A stretch of DNA of 64,000 nucleotides from an uncultured Candidatus Saccharibacteria bacterium. GTDB lineage: Bacteria > Patescibacteriota > Minisyncoccia > Ryanbacterales > GWA2-47-10b. Positions 28,658 to 41,058 of the stretch are shown here, in pieces (within the stretch, counting starts at the first letter, position 1; every line of letters begins with the position of its first letter). The DNA lies in assembly GCA_964356915.1 (NCBI GenBank), contig CAYHJF010000001.1:4664-68663 (forward strand), written 5' to 3'. Under the pieces are notes generated by a model, which was not told the origin of the DNA, searched no databases, and saw nothing but the letters and a program-made list of their open reading frames with translations. The position numbers were made by a program, and so were the translations under genes.

Positions 28658-29959
28658 TTATGCTTTGACACGCCGCTGTTCTGGAAAAAATATAGCCAGA
28701 CTGATTGGATCCGAAGCCCTATCAGCTGTCACGAGACTTGACATAAACTGTAAAAAATCTGAATGATTCCCGAAATCTCGGCGCAATCGTGCGGCAAAAA
28801 CACAAAATTCTCTTGCACCCGGGGTAAGATCGGGCGTAACACCCTTCCTCCAATACTGCTCGACTTCTTGCAATGCCTGCACGACACGATCCTGGACTCC
28901 TGTCGCGTCAACGGCGCCCGCCAAATGACGTTGCGCAAGCCCATAACTCAAGCGTACTCGCTTTCGCGTACAGGCTTGATCATCATAGAGCAAACATGCA
29001 AGCAGTCTTCTTATTTTTCCAAAGTCCTGCTCTGGACGTGATGTAGTGGGGAGCTTCTTCTTCTCACCGCCTCTTAATACATTTAGATGTCCTAAGAACA
29101 AGGCAATATCGTCCTTCAGATGCACCATATGTGCTTCAAATAATCTTTGCTCATCTGGTCCGAGTTTTTCCCAGAGACGCCGCGCTTCTTCAGTCGATAA
29201 ATCCGCAAAACGACGAATCGCCGCTCCCGAATATCGCGTCCGCGCTCGAAATTGCAAAATGCGATGAAAAATACCCTCGGGAGTCTTTGGTTGACGTGAG
29301 GCAGATACTCGCGCCCCGAAATCGGAGGTAGTAATCCGCTCCATCTCAATTACCGCCCCTTCATCTCCAGCAAGCAACCGACGAGCAAGACGCAAAAGAT
29401 CTGCCGTCTCACCCTTGTGCTGCGCAAGATTGAGTCCAGCGCCAATACTTAGCGCTCCATTATCTATTGCCTCTTGCACTTCTTCAGGCAATTTTAAGAG
29501 CTTAAGATAAAGGCTAATAGTCAATTCTGACGCACCGACAAGCTGGGATGTTTCTCGAAGAGGCATTCCTTGCTCTTCGATACATCGCCGATAGCCCCTC
29601 GCCTTCTCCATCGGAGTTAAATCTGCTCGTTGAAGATTCTCTACAAACGCAAGCTTCCATCTTTCATGAGCTCCGTCATCACGTATGATACTCGGAACCG
29701 TAGGATAACTGAGAAGTCCGTGCGCACGCCATCGTCTTTCTCCCGCAACAATAAGATACGCATTCGGAATCGTTGGATGCCTAACCACAATAATAGGCTG
29801 TAAAAGACCCGCCGCTTCAATAGAATCTGCTAACTCTTGAAGCTCTATAGGATCAAAACGCCTTCTTGGCTGATCAGGATCTGGATGTATATTCTCTCGA
29901 GGAATATCGTGGACCTGTCTCTGGGAAGCCTGGAGTTCCATCTCGCTCCTCCCTATCAA
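28658..29959 (-). CDS. ParB/Srx-domain protein with HTH and ~250-aa C-terminal extension of unknown function
   Basis: N-terminal ParB box (QPIIVVRH...AGERRWRA) followed by a helix-turn-helix (TSQLVGASELTISLYLKLL). No parA is adjacent. Confidence 0.78.
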   Translation of the reverse strand: MIGRSEMELQASQRQVHDIPRENIHPDPDQPRRRFDPIELQELADSIEAAGLLQPIIVVRHPTIPNAYLIVAGERRWRAHGLLSYPTVPSIIRDDGAHERWKLAFVENLQRADLTPMEKARGYRRCIEEQGMPLRETSQLVGASELTISLYLKLLKLPEEVQEAIDNGALSIGAGLNLAQHKGETADLLRLARRLLAGDEGAVIEMERITTSDFGARVSASRQPKTPEGIFHRILQFRARTRYSGAAIRRFADLSTEEARRLWEKLGPDEQRLFEAHMVHLKDDIALFLGHLNVLRGGEKKKLPTTSRPEQDFGKIRRLLACLLYDDQACTRKRVRLSYGLAQRHLAGAVDATGVQDRVVQALQEVEQYWRKGVTPDLTPGAREFCVFAARLRRDFGNHSDFLQFMSSLVTADRASDPISLAIFFPEQRRVKA

Positions 29960-30097
29960 GAATCATTTCCTTATACAGGGTAACAAGTACTGGCATGGAG
30001 TCAACAAAATAAAAAATAACCTAAAATTATGACTCCTTCTTTTATATTGCAGTTATTATAAAAATTTGCTTCAATTGGCGTCGGAAGGAACGCCAAC

Positions 30098-30331
30098 ATG
30101 GGATCTGGGATCGACCCGCTACCTTCAACACATACTCAAGCTTACGAAATATTCCTCTGGAAACGCTTGGAAGCCAAATTATGTGCGTGGTTATGTTTTG
30201 CTCGACAAACAACTGACATCAATCAGATCCCTCCAGCAATTCAATTGGTTGCCTCGCTCGCAGTCCTCTATTTCGGAGGTGACCGTAGCGAAACGCTCAA
30301 GGGAGCCCTTCAAAAACTCGAAGATTTATAG
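30098..30331 (+). CDS. small hypothetical protein (77 aa)
   Basis: GGAAGGA ribosome-binding site 8 nt upstream; terminator immediately downstream. An overlapping 90-aa ORF in another frame looks less protein-like. Confidence 0.4.
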   Translation: MGSGIDPLPSTHTQAYEIFLWKRLEAKLCAWLCFARQTTDINQIPPAIQLVASLAVLYFGGDRSETLKGALQKLEDL

Positions 30332-30347
30332 TAAATAAAAACTACCC

Positions 30348-30378
30348 ACCGCTTGTCACAAAGCGGTTTTTTATTTTA
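30348..30378. terminator. bidirectional rho-independent terminator
   Basis: ACCGCTT-gtcaca-AAGCGGT hairpin followed by TTTTTTATTTT. Confidence 0.6.
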
Positions 30379-30410
30379 AATAAAAAGTAGTTTGTAATTA
30401 TCGTTTACTC

Positions 30411-31079
30411 TTAAACAACAACGGAACTAAATGCTTTGTTCCAATCAAGGTTCCTCGTAACAAACATCACAAAACCCAAAAGAGCAAAAAGTAGCAAAGC
30501 ACCAGAGAGAAGCGCAAATGTCTCAAGATGCAAAACTAGAAGTAAGTACGAATAGATAACTGTCAAAAAAACTGCGATGGTTATACTGCCTATTTTTGTT
30601 TTCAAAATAAAATTGCTATAGAGCGAGATAAGACCGATGGTCATTACTGCGGCTATAATATATGCCCAAAAAAATCCAATATGCTCCATAAAAGCAAGCA
30701 ACAATAGGTAGAATTCAGCGAGCCCTAAACCTACAAGCAGGTACTGAATAGGATGAAGCTTCAGATGATACATGACCTCAATCAGAAAAAATGCAAGGAA
30801 TGTAAGTGAAATAAACAAAATCGCATACTTGAGTACTCTGTCGACAAGACGGTAAACACTAATACCAGTTTCTTTATCAAATCCAGACAACCTACCGTGA
30901 ATGAGTACCGCGGAGGTATCGCCCGAATTATTTTGTACGGCCTGCGATTGATATTCAAGCCGGTCATTTACTACTTGCTGCACGAAAAAACTAGCAGCTA
31001 AGCTCACTATAAGAACTGCTCCGATTGAAATAGCCTTGAAGGCAAAAGCAATCTGTCCCGCAAAAGGAAAGGACCTCAT
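30411..31079 (-). CDS. hypothetical polytopic membrane protein
   Basis: 222 aa. N-terminal TM helix, a ~60-aa hydrophilic segment, then four TM helices. Confidence 0.55.
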   Translation of the reverse strand: MRSFPFAGQIAFAFKAISIGAVLIVSLAASFFVQQVVNDRLEYQSQAVQNNSGDTSAVLIHGRLSGFDKETGISVYRLVDRVLKYAILFISLTFLAFFLIEVMYHLKLHPIQYLLVGLGLAEFYLLLLAFMEHIGFFWAYIIAAVMTIGLISLYSNFILKTKIGSITIAVFLTVIYSYLLLVLHLETFALLSGALLLFALLGFVMFVTRNLDWNKAFSSVVV

Positions 31080-31127
31080 TTAAGGATATAACAATATCTG
31101 AGCAACAAAGGTAACACTTCTTTAATT

Positions 31128-31200
31128 AGTTGCGGGGGTTGGATTTGGTTTGCCTTATCGCAAACCCGCGGCATGCCCCCAGCATGCCGTTCAAATCCTC
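31128..31200 (-). repeat. degenerate partial copy of the tRNA-fMet 3' end, embedded in a tRNA-like hairpin remnant
   Basis: AGTTGCGGGGGTTGGATTTG (20 nt, plus strand) is identical to 31264-31283 at the 3' end of tRNA-fMet. The adjacent sequence forms hairpins (GGCATGC-tgggg-GCATGCC; GGTTTGC-gataag-GCAAACC) but does not fold into a complete tRNA. Confidence 0.6.
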
Positions 31201-31265
31201 CCGCCTCCCTACGAATGCATAAATAAAAAAAGCTGACACATTGTGCCAACTTTTTTATTTATGAG

Positions 31266-31339
31266 TTGCGGGGGTTGGATTTGAACCAACGACCTCAAGG
31301 TTATGAGCCTTGCGAGCTACCAGGCTGCTCCACCCCGCG
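31266..31339 (-). tRNA. initiator tRNA-fMet (anticodon CAU)
   Basis: 74 nt with C1xA72 acceptor mismatch (CGCGGGG / CCCCGCA+A) and A11:U24 in the D-stem, both initiator hallmarks. Anticodon loop CTCATAA; T-arm GTTGG-TTCAAAT-CCAAC. Confidence 0.87.
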
Positions 31340-31369
31340 AATTACAGTATACGCTTATTTTTTACTTTT

Positions 31370-32764
31370 TCAAGCGATCGCCTCTTCAAATGCCCCCGCG
31401 GTACGCAAAAGCGCGTAGTCAGCAAATCGTTTACCAATCAATTGCATACCAACAGGCAAATTTTCCACCTTACCGATCGGGAGTGTAATACCTGGAAGAC
31501 CTGCGAGATTAACGGGAACCGTATAAATATCTTCAAGATACATCGCGAGCGGATCATTAAGTTTTTCGCCAAACTTAAAAGGTAGAGCGGGAGATGACGG
31601 GAGCGCAATTGCATCTACTTTTTCAAATGCCTTTTCAAAATCCCCCGTAACAAGCGTCCGCACTTTCTGAGCGGTTAAATAAAATGCATCATAATATCCA
31701 TGTGAGAGCACGTACGCGCCGAGCGCGATACGTCGCTTTACTTCAGAGCCAAGTCCTGCGGCACGCGTCTTTTTATACCCTTCAAAAAGATTAGCGGCAT
31801 CGCCTCGCACTCCATAGCGCACACCATCAAACCGTGAAAGATTACTTGAAACCTCTGCGGGAACAATGATGTAATAACACGCAAGCGCATACTCTGCATT
31901 TGGTAACGCAATAGGCTCAAATCGAAACCCCTTACTCCCTGCTTTTTTAAATGCCTCCTCCATAGCTCCGCGAATACGCGTGTCGAGCCCCGCTTTCAAA
32001 AAATCTTCGGGAACACCAATAACAAACTCCTTCTTGTCGCTTACTTCTTCTTTAATATCAGTCGAGGTCTGATCAAGCGAATCTTTGCCTTCAATCGCAC
32101 GAAAAACAATTTCCGCGTCTTCTACGGAAGTCGCAAAAGGACCTATTTGATCAAAGCTCGATGCCATCGCGATAAGTCCCGAGCGCGAAACCCGTCCATA
32201 GCTCGGCTTGAAACCAACAACGCCACAAAAACCCGCGGGCTGACGAATCGATCCTCCTGTATCAGAGCCGAGTGCCACGGGTGCCATACCAGCAGCAACA
32301 GCTGCTGCAGATCCTCCCGATGAACCCCCCGGTACACGCTCAAGATCATGAGGATTTTTTGTTGGGCCAAATGCAGAATTTTCAGTTGACCCACCCATCG
32401 CGAACTCATCAAGATTCGTCTTACCAAGAATAATAGCTCCTGCTGTTTTTAACTTTGAAACAACACTTGCATCATATGAAGCAATATACTTCTCTAAAAT
32501 TTTTGACGCCGCAGTTGTTCGCTTACCCTCAACGAGAATATTATCTTTGAGCGCAATCGGGATACCCTCTAATACGCCGAGTGACTCTCCTTTAGCGATC
32601 TTTGCATCGATACGATCAGCATGCCTACGAGCATCGTCCTCATACACCTCAAGAAACGCATGAATAGCGAGATCCTTTCCCGCTATGGTACCTAGATGAG
32701 AATCTGTGAGCTCTCGCGCCGATAATTCTTTAGATATAAGTTTTTTATGAAGGTCGTGAATCAT
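31370..32764 (-). CDS. gatA: glutamyl-tRNA(Gln) amidotransferase subunit A
   Basis: Amidase signature GGSSGGSAAAVAAG, with the Ser-cisSer-Lys triad context. Confidence 0.95.
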   Translation of the reverse strand: MIHDLHKKLISKELSARELTDSHLGTIAGKDLAIHAFLEVYEDDARRHADRIDAKIAKGESLGVLEGIPIALKDNILVEGKRTTAASKILEKYIASYDASVVSKLKTAGAIILGKTNLDEFAMGGSTENSAFGPTKNPHDLERVPGGSSGGSAAAVAAGMAPVALGSDTGGSIRQPAGFCGVVGFKPSYGRVSRSGLIAMASSFDQIGPFATSVEDAEIVFRAIEGKDSLDQTSTDIKEEVSDKKEFVIGVPEDFLKAGLDTRIRGAMEEAFKKAGSKGFRFEPIALPNAEYALACYYIIVPAEVSSNLSRFDGVRYGVRGDAANLFEGYKKTRAAGLGSEVKRRIALGAYVLSHGYYDAFYLTAQKVRTLVTGDFEKAFEKVDAIALPSSPALPFKFGEKLNDPLAMYLEDIYTVPVNLAGLPGITLPIGKVENLPVGMQLIGKRFADYALLRTAGAFEEAIA

Positions 32765-32766
32765 AT

Positions 32767-33069
32767 TTACTCTCCTCCAAATACTTTTTTTACCTTCAGA
32801 TAGTGCTCAAATGATTCTGGGAAGGCATCTCTCAATGCATCTGTACGCTTTGCATTTTCGACACTATTCGCATCCACACGCAACGCGCGATCTTCTGGCG
32901 CAAAAGAGATGGTTGGAGAAACCTCGCCAAGAGGAGCTGATTGTAATTTGCGAATATACTCAAGAATCGCATCGATCTCTTTTGGAAAACGTGCAAGCTC
33001 TTCTTCGGTAACCTCAATCTTTGCAAGCTCAAAGAGTCGCTTCACATCTTCGGGAGTAATCATACCCAT
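32767..33069 (-). CDS. gatC: glutamyl-tRNA(Gln) amidotransferase subunit C
   Basis: 100 aa immediately upstream of gatA, starting MGMITPEDVKRLFELAKIEV. Confidence 0.88.
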   Translation of the reverse strand: MGMITPEDVKRLFELAKIEVTEEELARFPKEIDAILEYIRKLQSAPLGEVSPTISFAPEDRALRVDANSVENAKRTDALRDAFPESFEHYLKVKKVFGGE

Positions 33070-33081
33070 TACCCTAGCATG

Positions 33082-35807
<2,726 letters not shown>

Positions 35808-35815
<8 letters not shown>

Positions 35816-36401
35816 GTGAGTTTCTGTTAATGGTTGTCTGTACTACGAGCAGTGATTGACGAGGATCAACACCGGGAGTGATTCCTCTCATTAATATCGT
35901 CACTCGTGATTGATACAGGTCACTGCTCGCACCTGCGATAAAAAACCGTAGCATCTCTATATCAACTTCGGGCGCTGTCACAGGTAAAAATTGTTCCGTA
36001 TCAAAAACTCCATCTATACTATCTTTTTTTACAATACATGAAAGACCGCCCGCACACTCGAGAGGATTATTTATACTCCGCTTGAGTATAACGGTATGGG
36101 TAATCGGAACGCCCGCGACCGTACGCTGAATAATATAAGAAAAACATTCATCATCTGTCTGCGTTGCGTCCAGCAACCCATCGCAACGCGACCCCGGACC
36201 TTGCTCATAATCTGCTCCTGTGCGAATCTCCCGACTCAACGCTTCAAGCGCAAACCGAATATTATCTTGGTTTGTTTGCGCAAAAATAGTTTTTTGCTGA
36301 CCAGAACTTAATATACTCAGTGACGAAACGCCCGTTACTGCAACCACGGAAAAAAGAGCGAGAGCAACCAAGATTTCAAATAATGTAAAAGCGCGTTGCA
36401 T
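35808..36401 (-). CDS. type IV pilus minor pseudopilin (prepilin-type N-terminal cleavage/methylation domain)
   Basis: Starts MQRAFTLFEILVALALFSVV, containing the AFTLFE class-III signal motif. Confidence 0.8.
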
Positions 36402-36403
36402 AA

Positions 36404-37102
36404 TTATCGGTTCAAATGGGGAGTAAGATAAGAAATAACGGTTACCGGACGAGTACCCGAAAAACGATCACGCCACGTAACTCGAGATTCCACTTTCATA
36501 TCTATACGCTCAGGAGAAGGATCGCCCGGCCATGTGAGCGGATCACTAACGGCGACTGGAGTCACGATGATTGTACGAGTAAATAAAGAAGAAGTCCCTG
36601 GACCATAATAATAAAGTCCTGTTGTTGGTTCTTGAGTCAACTGCAAGCATGTTGCCCCATCCCCCGCACAAGAAATAAACGTAACATCATCATTTGTAAT
36701 ATCCCCAAGAGCGCTCCACGTCGCCCGACAACCTATCGGATTGTTACAAATAACTATACCTCCGTATCCCGTTTCATTCGTAATACCCATATATATATTA
36801 CCACCTCCAGGCAATGGCCCCGGACCATCATCATTTGGATTGCATCCGTCACCAATAACACAATCATCACTTGGATCAGCCGGCGTATCATTTTCCAATA
36901 CTCGAAGATAATTTGAGTCTCGTTTATTACGCACGAGCTCAACTCCCTCTTGAGCAAGATTCGCAGCAATCAATTGATTCTTAAAAACGGAAATGGAAGC
37001 GAGACCAAGCTGTGAAAGATTCATAGCTCCAAGAAGCCCGACCAATAGAATGGCAATCGCAACAATAGTCTCAAGAAGTGAAAAACTCTTTTCCAATTTC
37101 AT
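36404..37102 (-). CDS. type IV pilus minor pseudopilin
   Basis: MKLEKSFSLLETIVAIAILLVG prepilin motif. Confidence 0.8.
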   Translation of the reverse strand: MKLEKSFSLLETIVAIAILLVGLLGAMNLSQLGLASISVFKNQLIAANLAQEGVELVRNKRDSNYLRVLENDTPADPSDDCVIGDGCNPNDDGPGPLPGGGNIYMGITNETGYGGIVICNNPIGCRATWSALGDITNDDVTFISCAGDGATCLQLTQEPTTGLYYYGPGTSSLFTRTIIVTPVAVSDPLTWPGDPSPERIDMKVESRVTWRDRFSGTRPVTVISYLTPHLNR

Positions 37103-37815
37103 GCCTCAACAGCGATTTGACCAGTAAGCCACACTGTTACTGTACTACAAACTGGATCTACAACATCCGAAATACCATTCCATGTCGCACACTGACCAGT
37201 AAACGATGCGGGCGCAAGGAAAATCTTATACGGACCGATACCGCCACCATCCAACTGAAAATACGTTCCGTCTTTGCGCGTATAAATATCAATCGCGGGG
37301 TCAGGACGAGAAAAAAGTACGTGCAAATTATCTTCATTGCGATCACCTCCCGTCCCATCATCAAAAGGACATGCCCCACAAGGACGCAGAATTTGATTGA
37401 CGCGAATATCCTGCGTAAACTGATACTCCGTTACGCACTCAACTGTATCAAGCCCGCACTCTTCCGTACCAACAGTATACGGATCATATACTCCTGGATC
37501 ATTCCCGGCAAAATCTCTATCCGTAAACATAATAAAACCGCCCGGCGTTGTTAGATCAACATTAATACCGAAGTTTAATGGAAAACAATCAGGCGCCCCA
37601 GGTGTCGTGCACGCAGCCTGTGAAATCGCGACGGATCTATTCTCAGCATCGCGAAGCGCAAGCCCCAAAGAACGCGCTGACCGCCCCATCGCAAGACTTC
37701 TATTAAACTGCGGGAAGTTTACTAAAATCAATGTCGACATAAAGGCAATCACCGACATCGTGACAAGAAGTTCGGCAATAGTAAAACCTTTTTTATCGTT
37801 AAATAACTGTGACAT
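37099..37815 (-). CDS. type IV pilus minor pseudopilin (GspH/FimT-like)
   Basis: MSQLFNDKKGFTIAELLVTMSVIAF, with the G|FTxxE cleavage motif. The likely start is at 37815. Confidence 0.8.
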   Translation of the reverse strand: MSQLFNDKKGFTIAELLVTMSVIAFMSTLILVNFPQFNRSLAMGRSARSLGLALRDAENRSVAISQAACTTPGAPDCFPLNFGINVDLTTPGGFIMFTDRDFAGNDPGVYDPYTVGTEECGLDTVECVTEYQFTQDIRVNQILRPCGACPFDDGTGGDRNEDNLHVLFSRPDPAIDIYTRKDGTYFQLDGGGIGPYKIFLAPASFTGQCATWNGISDVVDPVCSTVTVWLTGQIAVEA

Positions 37816-38575
37816 AACTATAGTATGCAGCAAATCCAGGAAGAACATGCATAAGAAACGTAATAAATGTCCCAAGTGCTAAAAATGGACCGAATGGTAT
37901 CTCTGTTTTACGTGTTGCGACTCGACGTAACAAAAGCATGATACCCCACCCAGCTCCGAGCCAAAATGCGAGAACAATAGCAATAATAATTTCTGGATAC
38001 CCAAGAAAAATACCAAGGGAAAACGCGAGCTTGGCATCTCCAAAGCCCATCCACGCGCCATTTGATACAAACCATAATCCTCCAAAAAATAAAAAGGCCC
38101 CAACCCCTGCTAGTAAGTCATATGCTATCCCTAACCCTGAAACTGACGAGAACTGTATTCCCTCAAAAAGAATCGCAAAAAATAAAAGCGTGAGTGAAAG
38201 TTGGTCCGGAATAATCAAATGACGCAAATCATATACGGAAGCGGCAAGTAAGGTCAAAAAGAAACCTGAAATCACTAAAAATCGCAGTGGCATATCAAGC
38301 GGACTCACCGTAAAGCCCACAGACACAACGATGCACGCGGCAAAAAGCTCAACGAGCGGATACTGGACTGAAAGCTGAGTTTTACAATACCGACATCGAC
38401 CCCAAATGATCGTATAACTTAAGAGTGGGATCAAATCATACCATCGAAGCTGTTCGAGACATGAAAGACATCGAGACCGCCCACGCGCAATAGTTTCACC
38501 TGTGTTGAGTCTAAATACAAGAACATTGATAAAACTACCAAGCGCGAGCCCAAGAACAAAAAGAAGAATGCTCAT
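37799..38575 (-). CDS. pilD: prepilin peptidase (A24 family)
   Basis: Eight-TM protein with the N-terminal CxxC...CxxC tetracysteine and catalytic Asp regions typical of PilD. Confidence 0.9.
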   Translation of the reverse strand: MSILLFVLGLALGSFINVLVFRLNTGETIARGRSRCLSCLEQLRWYDLIPLLSYTIIWGRCRYCKTQLSVQYPLVELFAACIVVSVGFTVSPLDMPLRFLVISGFFLTLLAASVYDLRHLIIPDQLSLTLLFFAILFEGIQFSSVSGLGIAYDLLAGVGAFLFFGGLWFVSNGAWMGFGDAKLAFSLGIFLGYPEIIIAIVLAFWLGAGWGIMLLLRRVATRKTEIPFGPFLALGTFITFLMHVLPGFAAYYSYVTVI

Positions 38576-38581
38576 TGGTGA

Positions 38582-39055
38582 TCACGGTTCTTCGCAATAC
38601 GCGGGATTATCACAGTCGACACCAGCAATCGTACCGTTCAAATCATTATTCAAGGCAGTATTATTTACGTCCTCCAAAACCGCCTTTATAAGATAGCCTG
38701 TCGCCTGTGTACACCCCGGGGCGTCGCATGCCGCGCCCGAACCATCACGCGCCTGATATGTATAAACATACGAGCCACCATTGATTGGATCTGGGGAAAT
38801 ACGCGCTATGTATCCTTGTGTTGCGAGCGGCGTCATATCAATACCAATAGGAAATGAGTGATTTGCTTCAAAATATTGTTCGAGAGCAGTACGAAACTGC
38901 TTAACGTCTGACAAGCGACGAGCATCTCTACTTTTTACTCGGGCTTCTCGAAGAGCAGCGAGAACGTAACTAGATAAAATACCGATAATTGCCAGTACAA
39001 CAAGGAGTTCTATAAGCGTGAAACCTCCCTTCTTTAATTGACGAGCAGTAATCAT
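38582..39055 (-). CDS. type IV major pilin (PilA-like)
   Basis: KKGGFTLIELLVVLAIIGILSS is the canonical G|FTLIELLVV class-III signal. 157 aa. Confidence 0.87.
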   Translation of the reverse strand: MITARQLKKGGFTLIELLVVLAIIGILSSYVLAALREARVKSRDARRLSDVKQFRTALEQYFEANHSFPIGIDMTPLATQGYIARISPDPINGGSYVYTYQARDGSGAACDAPGCTQATGYLIKAVLEDVNNTALNNDLNGTIAGVDCDNPAYCEEP

Positions 39056-39096
39056 TAATCATTATTATACATCATAATGTCCTCGAAGCGCTACAT

Positions 39097-39123
39097 AAAA
39101 AGACCCCTCTCGGGGTCTTTTTA
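39097..39123 (-). terminator. rho-independent terminator between the two pilin genes
   Basis: AAGACCCC-tctc-GGGGTCTT hairpin with T-run on the minus strand. Confidence 0.6.
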
Positions 39124-39142
39124 TGTGACTTTCGATAGTTTA

Positions 39143-39685
39143 TTAGTTTACGATATCATAACACTGATCCGCAACTATACCATCCGTCGTGTCACAGTTA
39201 GCATCTTCACCATCAAATCCCCATGTCGCTGTAGGTCCCTTACTGGCATCCGTTAAAAGAGCATTGTTCGTCGTCTCTTCAAGTTCAGCTCCTATATGAT
39301 ACCCAAGACAATCATTGGCATCGGCCACATCACAAACGCCACCTGCGGCACCATCGACAAGATTCTCATACGCGTAATCACCACCATTTGGATCCTGTGG
39401 AAGACTACCTATGTACGTTGGAGCGATATCACTAACACCTGTCTGCGCCGCTTCATCGATAGCATCTGGATATCCTGCCTCACCAGAGCATCGAGCATCA
39501 AAACAAAGCTCCAATGCAAGACGAATCTGACCGAGGTCAGCAATACGACGAGTATCGCGACTCTTACGACGAGCTGTGTTGAGACTTGCCAACACGATAG
39601 ATGCAAGAACACCGATAATTGCGATTACGACCAAAAGTTCGATGAGCGTAAACGCCTTCTGTTTCTTCGAAAGTTTTGTAAACAT
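39143..39685 (-). CDS. type IV major pilin (PilA-like), second copy
   Basis: KQKAFTLIELLVVIAIIGVLAS prepilin motif. 180 aa. Has its own upstream promoter-like element and a terminator. Confidence 0.87.
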   Translation of the reverse strand: MFTKLSKKQKAFTLIELLVVIAIIGVLASIVLASLNTARRKSRDTRRIADLGQIRLALELCFDARCSGEAGYPDAIDEAAQTGVSDIAPTYIGSLPQDPNGGDYAYENLVDGAAGGVCDVADANDCLGYHIGAELEETTNNALLTDASKGPTATWGFDGEDANCDTTDGIVADQCYDIVN

Positions 39686-39754
39686 TTTGTTTACTAAATT
39701 ATGTAAAACAACCTTTTTTGATAAATAGTGAGAACGATCACTCTGTGAAGAGTA

Positions 39755-39790
39755 CGGGGTTCATTATACCAAGATTAAAGATTCTCTTCT
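39755..39790 (-). promoter_or_regulatory. candidate extended -10 promoter (TGGTATAAT) for the pilin gene
   Basis: Minus strand reads ...TCTTTAATCTTGGTATAATGAACC about 80 nt upstream of the ATG at 39685. Confidence 0.35.
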
Positions 39791-39840
39791 CCTCAAGGTT
39801 GTGGATAATGTATAACTTACCCCTTCTGATAAGATGCCTT

Positions 39841-41049
39841 CTAAAACGCGTTCGCCAAGTTGTAGATAGGAGACATGACGGCAACGACGATAAAACCAAC
39901 TCCGATACCTAAGACAAGTATCAAAATTGGCTCAATCAAACTTACCAAGTTATCCACAAGATTATTGACCTCGTGCTCATAAAAGCGAGAAACCGCCCTC
40001 AAAAGCTGATCGAGCTTACCCGTCTCTTCTCCTACCCGAATCATCTGCGTTAAAAGTGAAGGAATCTCTGGATGTTTCGCAAAAGCGTCAGAGATACTCG
40101 AACCACCACGAACTGCCTCAACTGCCTCAAGCACGATACTCCGATAGATTTCATTACCCACAACCTCGGCAGTAATTTCAAGAGCGCGCACGATTGGGAT
40201 ACCTCCCGCAACCAACGTCTGCAAGTTATCCGCAAGACGCGATAAATAAAGTTTCTGATAAAGATTACCAACGACCGGCACCTGAAGTTGCGCGCGATTC
40301 CATGCCCTACTTCCATCTGGCGTGCGCTTATACCATACGAGAAACCCGGAAATAGCCATGAGAAGCAAGATAATCAAAATCCAATAGTTCCGTAAAATAT
40401 CACTCATCCCGATAACAATACGCGTATAGAGAGGCAAGGCCTGCCCCGCCTCTTCAATAATCTTAGAGATCTTTGGCACGATACTCGTCAGCATGTACAC
40501 CATGATGCCGACAAACGCCAAGAGTATGAACATCGGATAGATAAGCGCGTTTCGCGCTTTAGTCATAATCGTATAGGTACGCTCCAGATAATCTGCAAGA
40601 TAGGTAAATACCTCATCGAGTCGTCCAGCCTCTTCACCCGCATGCACCATTTGAACAAAAAAAGCCGAGAATACCTCTTCATGCTTCGCCATCGCCTGAG
40701 ACATAGAACTACCGCCCTGAATATCATCGAGAATCGCAGCGAGATGATACTTCATTGGGGTTGCCTCCGCCTCCCCAATTAATGTCTGAAAAGTGCGCAC
40801 AACCGGAACCTTGGCCTCAAAGAGCGTCGCGAGCTGTCGAGCAAGAATCACAACGTCACGTTGCTTAATATGTCGGAATCGAGAAAGTAATGCGCCTGAC
40901 CATGTAGCCCCTGGGTCTGAAGATACAAGCTTTACTACAATCAGGTTCTGACGCTGCAATGCTTGCACTGCTGTCTCTGAACTCGGAGCTTCTATTGTCC
41001 CTTTCCGCTCAGCACCTTCAAGCGTGCGCGCTATATACGTAAACTGCAT
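39841..41049 (-). CDS. pilC: type IV pilus assembly platform protein (GspF family)
   Basis: 402 aa with two GspF repeats and three TM segments. Confidence 0.9.
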   Translation of the reverse strand: MQFTYIARTLEGAERKGTIEAPSSETAVQALQRQNLIVVKLVSSDPGATWSGALLSRFRHIKQRDVVILARQLATLFEAKVPVVRTFQTLIGEAEATPMKYHLAAILDDIQGGSSMSQAMAKHEEVFSAFFVQMVHAGEEAGRLDEVFTYLADYLERTYTIMTKARNALIYPMFILLAFVGIMVYMLTSIVPKISKIIEEAGQALPLYTRIVIGMSDILRNYWILIILLLMAISGFLVWYKRTPDGSRAWNRAQLQVPVVGNLYQKLYLSRLADNLQTLVAGGIPIVRALEITAEVVGNEIYRSIVLEAVEAVRGGSSISDAFAKHPEIPSLLTQMIRVGEETGKLDQLLRAVSRFYEHEVNNLVDNLVSLIEPILILVLGIGVGFIVVAVMSPIYNLANAF

Positions 41050-41058
41050 ACGTAGTCG

